Source: Octopus sinensis | Taxonomy: Eukaryota | Assembly: GCF_006345805.1 (NCBI RefSeq) | Contig: NW_021832167.1 | Coordinates: forward strand, 1-31,349 | Direction of reading: 5' to 3' | Length of the DNA: 31,349 bases | Part shown: piece by piece, positions 11,681 to 22,106 of the stretch | Numbering within the stretch: the first letter of the stretch is position 1 | How the letters are laid out: every line of letters starts with the position of its first letter | Notes under the pieces: model-generated | What the model was told of the DNA's origin: nothing | Databases searched by the model: none | What the model saw: only the letters and a program-made list of their open reading frames with translations | Position numbers and translations under genes: made by a program

Positions 11681-12898
11681 TTGTTTTTGAATGATTTTCT
11701 AATGTAACATGATAAATCTGTATAAAAATGTAACGTGATAAATTTTGTATGAAATGTAAGTTTTAATAATGCTTTATAATTTACTATTTTTCTTGAGTTC
11801 TCTTTTTTTAATCTGGACAGTTATAATGTTTTAGAATTATCAATTTTAAATCATCCACATTTTAATACATATAATTATCAATTAATTATTCGAGTTTTTA
11901 TATTAAATATTTTGTAATAAAATTACGTAAATTTTATTTAATATTTTTGTAATCATTTTTACTGAACAGACTAATCATGAACTCCATCTTTGACTTCAAT
12001 GTCAAAGAAAAAAACTTATAAAGATTCAAACTCTACTTGCAGCCATTTATCGAAAATCCTTTTTGACTCCTTAAAAAAGACTAAAATATGAATTCGTAAT
12101 AAGGAAAAAGGAGTAACCATAATCAAAAAATTTTTCAAATATTCATGCAATAAACGACTTACGTTTTTTTAAACGAAAGACTAGTCAATTTAAAAACAAT
12201 ATCATATAGTTAAACAAAAAAGATTAGAAAACAAACAATTAAACTATGTTGGATTTTTGAACCGTTTTACTCAATTTAAGGACAGTTCTATCTGCAAAAT
12301 TAAATAAGGATTAAATGCTAGGTGTCATTATGTTTCGGGTTAGATGTTGTAGAGAATTCCAAAGGTGATTTAATGGTAGATATTGGGGGCATAGCCCGTT
12401 CCATTCTAAAAACGTTTTTTTGAAAAATCTGTTAATTTAGTCCGATATGATTGCTCCTCCGACCCTTAAAGATTCCATCTTATATTTATTAATTATTTTT
12501 TAAATGCAATGTCTTTCATATATTTTATCTTATTTATATGTTTGGAAAAGGATTCGTAACTAAAAAATTTATTGTTTTTTCCTAATGATTTATATTTTTT
12601 ATACGGTACGCTTAAAAATGCATTTGATTGAGACCTTTTCTAAAGCTTGTTTTATTACATCAAAAATCTTAATTCTGTTTCATCAGGAACAGAATAAATA
12701 CTGCCAAAAAATATACAGATTTATTACTGTTTTGGTTAATATCAAAGTAGTAAAAAATTTTCATTAAAAAAATTTAATTAATTTATTTATTTAAGACCAA
12801 AAACATTGTCATAATCAAAATAAACTATTTCAGGTGATCCCAGCCTCTTTTAGAAACCTTCGCATATTTTTCTGTGTTCTAAAGCGCATTGTCTAAGA

Positions 12899-13851
12899 CA
12901 GGGGTGTCAAACTCATTTCGCTTTGAGGGCCGCATTTTGTAACAATTTTGCTTCGAGGGCCGCATTTATAATAATTTCTCATTAAGGGAAGATTAGTTCT
13001 GATATTATTATTAAGAGAAACTAAATTATTGAATTATCGCCCTTCAATTTTGGTGAGAGCTGCTTCCAGAGGATTGACATCTTTTTTAGATACAATTTTT
13101 GATATGTCAGGCTGAGCTATTCGTGTAGTTCCGACTTTTATTAAAAAGAATAAATGTTCATCAGTTAGTCTTGTTCTTTGAGCAGTTTTTGTCATTTTCA
13201 TCTTTAAACAAGTGGACGTCGTCTGGACAAATAATATTCGCTGTTTTTACACGGCATTGGTTAATGAAATCACCATCACAATATGATTTTCCATTTACTG
13301 CAAGCATTCTACTGATTTCATAGCTTGCAGTGACTAATGCAGTACTTCGATAATGATTTTTGTGAAATGAGTTTGTAACGCAGATAAATTTTTTCGCAAT
13401 CCATTTAGCTTTGAAACACACATTGGACCTTCTTGGTTAATAAGCAACTTAATACCTTCGAAATAATTGTATGATAGATGATTAGATTGATAATGCCTCT
13501 TTAGGTTGTGTTCTTTCTGTATAGCGATAAACTTGTTACATATCAAACAATGTATTTTTCCATCAACCATTGTGCAAAAATAGAGAAGTTCCCATTTATC
13601 TTGAAACACTCTCCGTTCATCTTTCAAGAAGCGTTTCTTTTTTATTCAAGAAGAAGCACGTGACATTAACAAACACGATTTAAAAATACAATTAAAAATT
13701 TTAATTAAATGTAAAAAAATAAAAAATAATTTTTTGCATTTTATAGCCATTAAATCAGACCACACTTATGTTTGGCAAAGTACGCTGAGGGCCGCACCTA
13801 TGTCTTTCGAGGGCCACATGCGGCCCGCGGGCCGCATGTTTGACACCCCTG
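12899..13851 (-). mobile_element. hAT (Charlie/SPIN-like, GTF2IRD2-type) transposon, internal deletion derivative
   Basis: Perfect 14-bp TIR caggggtgtcaaac / gtttgacacccctg and 8-bp TSD gtctaaga (12891-12898, 13852-13859). Transposase N-terminus FQDKWE..CLIC..KEHNLKRHY..H and ASYEIS..DGDFI is fused to the C-terminus LTDEHL..PDI..KRCQSS. Confidence 0.95.
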
Positions 13852-13854
13852 GTC

Positions 13855-15479
13855 TAAGAGGTCGAAAATCCCGAACATGGACTTTTTTCTTGAGGTTTCC
13901 AAAAAAATTTAATAAGTACTTATCAAACTAGAAATAAAATAATACAAATTACAAATAGACTTATAGCAAATTAACCATTCAAATGGTGTAAAAAGCTGCA
14001 TCTTCTCGCGATAGCCTACAAAACCATAAATTATAAGCAATTTGCGACCAATATTCCTTTTTCCACCCGCATTCGAGACCTCCCGAGCCTTTGACCTCCA
14101 AACATCAAATTTTTTGAAGGACGTCGCTCTCTATTATTTATCAGAGAAAAATCGATGCATGCTAATCTTCTTGACTGCGACAGAAAATTCGCGAGCTATC
14201 GACTTGGTCAGGATCTAACCGATCTCTGGCAATGCACGCAAATCGAGCTTGTTTTTATTTTCAGAACTTTTCTTCAAAAAATTCTAGTAAGGGGGGGGAC
14301 AATGACAGGTGCCAAAAACTTTAATGATAAATGGTAAATTAATCAATACGTAAGTTTTGGAATAATTTGTAAATTTTTATATAATATCATTGATTTTTAC
14401 TAATAAAAATTATTTGAAATAGAAACAATAAACTATTTAAATAATCACGTTGTTCTGATGCCTAACAAAGTTATCATAAAAAATAATGAAGAGTAAAACA
14501 TATTAAAATTCATCCTCGCTCGACAAGAACTGAATATATTAGCTTCTCGGAAGTATAAACTATAAAAGAAGGTTCTTTCGTAGCTATATCTTCAAGATTC
14601 TTTATCTAATCACACGCTTGTTCAACTCACCGAATATGCGGACATTTGCAGAATAGATCCACGACGCTAATTATTGTGAACACAATGCATTAGAAGAATT
14701 TTGTGGAAAATGATTTTATTAAAAGAGATAATATTCATCAGGTGGTAAAAGACTGGAATATATGCCAGTCTGCAGTTCTAATGAAACAATATTACGACAT
14801 AAGTTATATTTTTACGTTTTAATCGAATGAGAGATTTCAGATTGATATGATTCACATAAAAAGGTATAAAATTGTGTTATTTCCAAGGTTTGTAAATGAC
14901 AATGATAAATTTTATTGGCTGTTAACTGTTATTGACGTCTATTCAAGATATAGTGTCATAAAGGAATCTTAGAACTAAAAATTCTATTAGTGTTGTGAAA
15001 AATTAAACGACATCTGCATGAATAATTGCCTTTGCCAATATTTTGACAACGGGACAGAATTCTAAAATATTCGACTTTCTAATTTATGTGAAAAATTCAA
15101 AATTACTCGAATTCATGGAAGGCCTTAGAATCAAGGAATAGTTGAACGATTTAATCAGACAATCACAAGAAGTTTATGAAAATTTATGGCTTTTGACGAT
15201 AAAAAAAAGTGGATAAAACATATTCGAAAGGCTGTATTTTCTACAGTCAAAGAGCTCATTCATTCACATATAAATTGTATTTTTTAATTTTCTAGGCTTT
15301 AGTACGTTTCAAAAATATCGTGGTATTTTTAGATTCAACATTGTTGTTGAATCAAATGTTGAGAAAAATCCAAAAAGTTCTGATATGGAGGAATTAGAAG
15401 TTGTAGAAAATTCCGACATTCATAATAAATGTTTTTTATTGATATTTATTAGTAAATATGATGAGTATTCATGTAATTT
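13855..15479 (+). mobile_element. ~1.6 kb+ integrase-carrying unit, copy 1 (noncoding leader + decayed H2C2-rve integrase)
   Basis: Near-identical to 29772-31349. Integrase motifs IKRDNIHQVVKD..CQ, RFQID, WLLTVIDVYSR, DNGTEF and QGIVERFNQT (D,D,E) lie at ~14650-15250, with stops and frameshifts. Confidence 0.85.
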
Positions 15480-15659
15480 TGAAATCTTAAAATTGCAGTC
15501 TCTGTATTATAGAAGAATGAATAGAATGATGAGTAAACTATTTTTATTTTTAACAATCATTAACATTGATGGATCGCTCGCAGCGCTCGATCACTATCAG
15601 CGCTTACGGAATATTATGATTTCCATCTCATGAAATAGTTTTTATCTGTTCTTTTTTTC

Positions 15660-16236
15660 TCTCCTGGACAATTCGAATTGACTGAATTTTCTTCTGTCCT
15701 CAAAGTTTGGACTGCATCTGGTCTTGCCATTGCCGAGCTGAATCATTCTCAAAAAAGTTGGGATTCCATCCGGTGTAAAGAAATCGTGAAATGCCTGAAA
15801 ACAAGCGCCGATCAAATTGAAATCGCCTCAATGAACGCAGCCGCGCAACCACACCGGGGACTGGTTAAATGCCGTCCCACTATCCTCAGCCGGTTCACTC
15901 TTGAATGATGAGTCAGTTCGACTTAGAATTCCTCTTTGCCATCCCCATCCATGCAAGTGTGGGCAGTTGATAGACTCTGATGGCCTCCACCTTCTTTCCA
16001 GCCGGTTAAGTGCTAAAGGTACTCCGAGATACTCCAGTTTGAACAACGTCGTCAAACTAGGCCTTGCTGCCGCAGGCTTCCCTTTGGTTCTGGAGCCCAC
16101 TGGTCTTGATCGCGAAGACGGTAAGCGTTCGAACGGAATTACGTTTTTCCTATACAGCGAGGGCAAGTGTTTCGTATGGGATGTAACCTGTGCGGACACT
16201 TTTGGTCCGGAGATGGTTACTCAGTCTGCGTCGTAA
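15660..16236 (+). mobile_element. CRE-clade retrotransposon fragment (zinc finger + start of RLE)
   Basis: LRIPLCHPHPCKCGQLIDSDGLHLL..LNNVVKLGLAAAGFPLVLEPTGLDREDGKRSNGITFF..GKCFVWDVTCADT. Confidence 0.85.
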
Positions 16237-16601
16237 TTTTTGTTTTTTAAATAAAATTACTTAGTGTAGACTAATTATGTTTTATAAAATCTATTTAAGT
16301 GTTTAATTAGGAAAATGAATGTGCTTTTTGTTAATTTAAAATATTACCACGAACAAATTAAAAAATGATAATAGTTCTAAGTTTTCAAGGACATTTGAAC
16401 TAAAAGATTTCATAAACATTACTTTTAAGTTTTTTTGTATTAGTTAATATGCATAAAGGTAAGATTTACATATAATCCTCTGTTGCGATTTAGTCAGCTA
16501 GCGATGCTCGACTGCTTACTCTCAAAGGTCTATCGAGTCAGAGAAGAGGAAGAAGAGGAAAAGGAGTTGTATGATATGTATTTAATAAAGAATGTTAATA
16601 A

Positions 16602-17705
16602 CTAAATAAATTCCTGAACATTATTCCGATCAACTGTTTTAGGAAAACCAACGGATCTTTTTGATCTCAAACAACCTAATATATTAAGATATATTTGATT
16701 ACATTCTACGAAGATGCAGAAGAAAATCACTAACAATATGATTAATCCCACATACATGTACAAAACTAAAATTTCATTAAATTAACTCAACATTTTTTTT
16801 GTTCATTATTAAATTCAATTTTAACTTTATTAATTTCTTTTGGTTTTAACCATGTTATTTTTATAAAATCAGTCTCATTAAGCACTTCGTTTGACTCCTC
16901 GACATAACTATTTATGTAATATATTTCTTGATGTTTATATGGTAGCTCAATAAACACAGTTAATGATATAATTTTTGATTTTAAATTCTCTAACTCGATA
17001 GTTACATAATCTAAAAATAAAATAAAACATCCAACTTTTTTCGGTGTGTCCACATAGATTGTATTCGTCGACACACACAGTGGCGGATCTAAAATTATTT
17101 GTTTTTGTTATTAAATTGAATTTTAAAAAATATCTGTGATAATAAGTGGTTTGGACTTCTGATAAAACGTGATCAAAATCTATTTTCAATATCGTATTAT
17201 ATACCAAAAAATATTGTTTTTATGTGTGTTTCTAGCCAATATCTAAATGAATAATCAACATGGTTTAAATTGTATTCAATGTTTGGCTTTAAGTCTCCAT
17301 GATTACTACGATTTCTCAGCTATTAATTATGGATCAAAAAATTAACTATTTCTATACTTTCTCTTGTTTGTAATGCAGATGTTTGTCTTAAAAAAATAAC
17401 AGAATCCGATTTATTAATTGGTTTTCTAAATTCAGCCTTTGGCAATTCTATATTAGATTATTAAAATCTTAAACCATAAAACCAAACGTGAAATTTTCTA
17501 TGTTTCATCCACAATCCAATACCAATCACATCTTTTGTGTTATATGCCATGTTTACATCTAAAAATAAACTTTTTTAAAATCCTTGCCCCATAATTCAAA
17601 AAATTCTGGAGCATCAATAAGTGTTCCGTTTGACAAAAACATTAATTCTAGCACCTTATCGTTTAAGCGTATTACAGTTGCAAACAATAATAGTAATGCA
17701 AACAT
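16602..17705 (-). CDS. Orphan type-I membrane glycoprotein, paralog B (~305 aa)
   Basis: Signal-like MFALLLLFATVI and TM FLYMYVGLIILLVIFFCIFV. Seven introns of 25-29 nt (including GC-AG 17559-17587, 17448-17474 and 17320-17346) leave a 918-nt open frame joining ORFs 16947-17207 and 16787-17074. Confidence 0.78.
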
Positions 17706-17871
17706 TTCAAAGCGTTCACGATAGCTACATTTTATTATTATTTATGGATTTTAATAACGTTTTCCTTCCTTGTTGCTCTTATAAATGCTAATTTAAGAAT
17801 AATCCATATTTTGGTAACTTTTAGTTAACAGTTTTGAATAATAATTTATTTATTAAAGCTGACAAAATATT

Positions 17872-17975
17872 CCGCACTTTTGGATGAGTTTTTCGTGATG
17901 CCGATAGCGGTGGAGACGTCGGATGCTCTTGGTTTAATGACGGAAAACTTCCTCTGCAAGCTCGGGATCAATTTA
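17872..17975 (+). mobile_element. Short CRE RLE fragment
   Basis: gatgagtttttcgtgatgccgatagcggtggagacgtcggatgctcttgg aligns with 29367-29460 (DEFF.V.PIAVET). Confidence 0.75.
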
Positions 17976-18700
17976 AATTCTGTAGCATGCTTTCCAATGT
18001 TTTTCTGATGACCACACACTGGATGGAAGCTTGTGTGGGTCTTTTGAGACCAAATGAGTTGCAGTGATGTTTATAGAAATTACTCACAGCACAGTTTATT
18101 TTAGTACAAGTGGTACTATAGTTACCTTTCCGTTGTCGATTACTTCCAGCTCAGTGGCAAGCAAATCGTACTTTTAGAGCTTTTCCACCTCAACTTGCTT
18201 TAGGTTTTTTAGGAGGTGATCCCAATCTCAATATAAAAACTCGCACCGAATTGAATAATATTTTATCATTATTTGAATAGACCTGAGCCTCGCATTTTTA
18301 GCCAATTTTTTGAAATGAGTAATTTCCAATGGCAAAACTAATAGCCCAAAAACTTTTTTGTGGCAATTTAAACATTTGAACCTCTAAGAAACGGGTCTTG
18401 CTTCAGGCACATAATTAGATATGTCACAAGATAGTATCCAGCTTTTTCTAATGAATAATCGATAGGAGGTCATACGATTAATGAGACGTCCCAACTGGTC
18501 TTGGTGATTTACCGCATTTGATACCAAAGCTGTATAAGCAGATTTCGTACTGAAAGTATCAAGACGTCTATAAAATCAAGGATTTGATATTTCTTTGCCT
18601 CTCCAGCTTGTTCCCCAGCGTTATGTAACCATTAAGATTTTATGTTAAAAGAGTCAGCATTCTTACTGCAATGCGATAAAGCGAAATTTCTAGCATGATA
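17975..18700 (-). mobile_element. Decayed R4/Dong-like RLE retrotransposon 3' region
   Basis: Minus strand gives YIEIGITS..LKQVEVEKL*KYDLLATEL..IVPLVL..FYKHH..QASIQCVVIRK, with a decayed C-x2-C knuckle upstream. Confidence 0.7.
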
Positions 18701-19799
18701 GATCAGCATTTTATTTGCCCAAAAGGAGAAGAAATTTGGATTATTAATTTGATTTGTGTACGATTTTGTATAAATTTGTCTAGATTTAAAAAATATGGTT
18801 TCCCAAACAGTTTTCCTATCCACACTTTGTCCAACAATTAAATTTAGCCCTGAAATTATATCAAATTTGACCTGTGCCTATCTTTCTACACAGAATAAAA
18901 AACTCTTCACTAAAAATGAACACGCGCCAACTCTGTTTGTCGACGCATAAAGTCAGACAAATGAAAACTTTAATCTTGTTAATAAAAAAATTATCATAAT
19001 AAGAAGGGAAAACAATCAGGATTCCCCAGTGACTTCACCGCGAATAGCAAACGAGTTACCTCGCAAGATTCCTATAAATATTCTCTGGTACGGCCAGCTT
19101 TCCGATCAGTTTCCCAATTGTAAACAAAATCCTCTTCCCAGCCAAGTAAGAATCTTATTTGAAATTATGACAAACAAGATTAAGATCATCCACGGTTGAT
19201 GGATACCCTCTAAATATATGCCATTTTGAATGTTTCTTCTTAGAAATTAGTTTAAGCTAGGAAATTTTAGAATATTTGGAATATTTTTTGAATTCTAAAT
19301 TAAAAAAATCATAAAATTTCTTTTTTAAGTTTTTTGTATTTTTGAACTTTTATATATTTTTGTATTTTTGAACTAATTAAATTTATTTATGTATTAATTC
19401 TAATGTCTGGATCCCGACTAGTTGTTATAAATTAGTCTTTACAACCGACTTCTCACATTATGCTATATTTATGCTTGAAAATACCGATTTGAATGCAATA
19501 TTAAAACTTAAAAATTATAAAGTAAATTTATTTTAAAAAATATCGTTAGTACGATCTAGCTAATTTTGAAACATATGATTATTTTTCTACTTTTTCTCGA
19601 AATAAACTACAAAATGGGGAAGACCTGTGCTTGCTCATTGATTGCGAAAATAACTTGCTTTAAATTGATCTTTCGATTCGTTAATCCACTAACCATTCGG
19701 CTTCTTCATTTTAAATAATTTTCATAATTTTATTAAAAATCTATAAAAATAATATTAAAAAACGATGATACGTTTCTAAAATTAAGAAATACTTTATGA

Positions 19800-19910
19800 C
19801 TCATTCCTCAACGGGCAGTCCATCAGGAGGAGGCTTAAGGATCCGAGAGAGGGCCTCTGGCATCAGTCTGGCCATCGTTCACTGCAACGCGTACTGCGTC
19901 CTTGCCGCTG
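19800..19910 (+). mobile_element. Tiny CRE 3'-end remnant
   Basis: ..GISLAIVHCNAYCVLAA resembles QRISLAIVRGNAYS at the end of the other CRE copies. Confidence 0.45.
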
Positions 19911-19999
19911 GCACATAACTTTCTATTGGTGCTTATTTTGTTTAAAATGCATCATTTATCAAAAAAAAACTTTAAAAGACCATTAGAACTTTTGGGACA

Positions 20000-20190
20000 T
20001 CTTCGCCGCAGCACGATGCACTTACCGTGGAAACAAATTTTTCCGGACGAAATTCACCAGCCTATAGAAGTGCTGCAAACCGACTAGTCGTCCGCTGCGG
20101 TCTTGTTTCGCTTCATGAAAAGATTACTGAACAAGGATGAGGTCGCTCGCGAAGTGCATCGAAATCACGGATTAGTTAATTCGGTTTTAA
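20000..20190 (+). mobile_element. Retroelement-like 3' fragment, homolog of 27560-27770
   Basis: RPLRSCFAS*KDY*TRMRSLAKCIEIT versus RPLRSCVDSWKDHRAKMRSLVDSIGIT at ~27640-27720, with synonymous-type differences. Family not identified. Confidence 0.5.
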
Positions 20191-20215
20191 CTGCGGTTGT
20201 GACAATAAATTTTTT

Positions 20216-20810
20216 GGTGACCGAGTTGCTATCGAGCCTTTAGAAACGTGCAAAAAAATGTCAATTTTGTAAACAAGGAAAGGGAAATATGTGTTCTAAT
20301 CTTGCATATTTGAGTGCACACGACACTCACGGAGCCATAACCGAGTTTCACATACAGCAGGCGACCTCCTGTTATAAGTACATCAAAAAATAACTCAAAA
20401 AACAAGAATTTCTGACTCTATGTCTTTCGATGAAGCAGCAATGGTCCAACCTCTTTCCGTCGCAGTAGGAATATGCAAAAGAGCAGGAAATTTATTAGGA
20501 AAAAAAGTAGTAATTGGCGGAACAGGTGTCTTAATATTATAACAATACATCCAGGGGCGATTGGAAGCTTGTGTTTGATGGTTCTTAAGGCTAGTGGAGT
20601 CTTGAGAATTTGTGTGACTGGTAGGGTACTTTCAGTAACAAGCCTACAGACATTCTCAAAGAAAGGATTGATTTTTCTCTTAAAAATTGGGCGGATTGTG
20701 GAGTACTAGTTGGGGAGGGTGACAGTCCTGGGGTGATCTCGGACAATATTATTAATAAATTAGAGGATATGGCAGATGTTTGTCTCGACTGTTGTGGAAT
20801 TAGTTCTAAT
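20216..20810 (+). pseudogene. SORD: Sorbitol dehydrogenase (zinc MDR) internal fragment with three 29-nt introns
   Basis: GDRVAIEP..C..CQFCKQGKGNMC..CYK|ISDSMSFDEAAMVQPLSVAVGICKRA..KKVVIGGTG|AIG..VLKASG..CVT|D. Introns at 20378-20406, 20526-20554 and 20621-20649. There is a +1 A in the run 20252-20258. No N- or C-terminal exons were found. Confidence 0.85.
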
Positions 20811-20991
20811 AACAATTTAATTTAACTAATATTTAAATAATAATTGTATAATAAAAAAATTTCAAGTAATGAAAATTGAATAAACTTTTTTTAGAATAAT
20901 TAAATTTATTTTAATTAAATATGAATTAAAATTTTTATTTAAAATTAAATTATATAAATAAATTAATAAATCGAAGCAACAGAGAGACCAA

Positions 20992-21285
20992 CAATAGAGT
21001 CAGGGAACGTAAGCTTGGCGCTCGTCCCGTAGCCACTACCAACCAAACCGTTGACAGGTTGGTTGGCAAGGGGGAAAAGTTGGTTCTGTTTGTTGCTGAT
21101 GTGAAATCAGCATCCAATCGTCTCCACGAGAAGGTGAACCACCGCCTTCTACTTCCTCGGAACACCGGATCACGATCGGGGATCTTTGGGAGCGTCCGAC
21201 ATTGGCCCTAACGTTCTTGTTAGCCACCGGCTTCCTTCAATTGAAGGGGCCGGGGGTAAATAAATAAATAAATAAATAAATAATA
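20992..21285 (+). mobile_element. 5'-truncated LINE (or SINE) insertion with (TAAA)n tail and 11-bp TSD
   Basis: TSD agagagaccaa at 20981-20991 and 21286-21296. A GC-rich open frame ends ..SVRHWP*, followed by a 3' hairpin and (taaa)n at ~21257-21285. Confidence 0.8.
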
Positions 21286-21404
21286 AGAGAGACCAAATAT
21301 ACCACCAAAAAACCCCCTCAATTACATAATCAACGAAGAAGAAAAAATACTCCAAATGGAAAGGCAAAGAATAGCCGAAAAGGAAGCAGCAAAAAAGAAG
21401 AAAA

Positions 21405-21520
21405 TCGGGTTCCAATGCAATATTGCACATTTAATGGGTCTCATAGATGCTTAGTTTGTAAGTCAAAGATTTGCCGTAATATAAGAAAATTTGCAATAAA
21501 TGTTGTGCAAGACCACATTA
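21405..21520 (+). mobile_element. Possible piggyBac-like C-terminal cysteine-rich domain remnant
   Basis: YCTFNGSHRCLVCKSKICR + (frameshift) KKICNKCC resembles the C-x2-C..IC..H..C-x2-C cysteine-rich domain. No TIR or TTAA found. Confidence 0.3.
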
Positions 21521-21787
21521 GACGTACTTTAAATTGAATTAATTTCTATTTATTGGATTATATATTTTTAAATAAGTCGGTGACAATTAATTGGACATCA
21601 TAGACCGCCGCAGGAAAGTCCGTCATAATTAAAAATGTCAATTGTGTCAGTTTTCAAATGGAAAACAATCGGGAATACCAAAGTGCTAAGTAGAATCACA
21701 GTCATTGCCGTCTAACCACAAAAACCAACATCATTTAGAGATCATGAATCTTTGACAATATTAAAATAAATAATTAGGTTAGTTAAT

Positions 21788-22077
21788 AAGTGATATTCGA
21801 ATTTTGAGTGAAAGACAAAAACAAAATTAGATGATTGCCAGGAAAGTAGTCAAAAGGCTAATGGTCAGGTCAACGGCAACACTCATCTATCCTCGCGGCC
21901 GTAGTCTTTTGGCAGGATACCGGTACTCGGATTGGTCGCCGGTGACCCTTTCCAAAAATGTGTTTAAACAATACTACTTAAATGAAGTTAATAGCAATTG
22001 CATCACTTGTGCAAGTTTGCCTTTAATTCTGACTAGTGCATGTAACAATAAAGAAAAGTGGAAACAAGAAATATCAG
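21788..22077 (-). mobile_element. Probable truncated CRE insertion flanked by a 23-bp direct repeat
   Basis: Identical aataaataattaggttagttaat at 21765-21787 and 22078-22100. The GC-rich core reads LERVTGDQSEYRY.. on the minus strand, weakly like the CRE end LA..TGDPRE..WL.QR. Confidence 0.55.
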
Positions 22078-22106
22078 AATAAATAATTAGGTTAGTTAAT
22101 GAATAC

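Noticed and set aside
14280-14300. ttctagt as a Helitron 3' end
   Set aside because: No convincing subterminal hairpin and no Rep/helicase sequence.
18005-18050. Hammerhead-like ctgatga followed by a stem
   Set aside because: No GAAA follows the stem; the sequence is the antisense of R4 coding DNA.
21860-21950. HDV-like ribozyme or U2-like RNA (tcctcgc at 21890-21896; ggcc..ttttggc)
   Set aside because: P3 cannot pair (cta vs ggc), there is no GG for P1.1 and no U2 branch-pairing or Sm site. The region is better explained as a CRE remnant.
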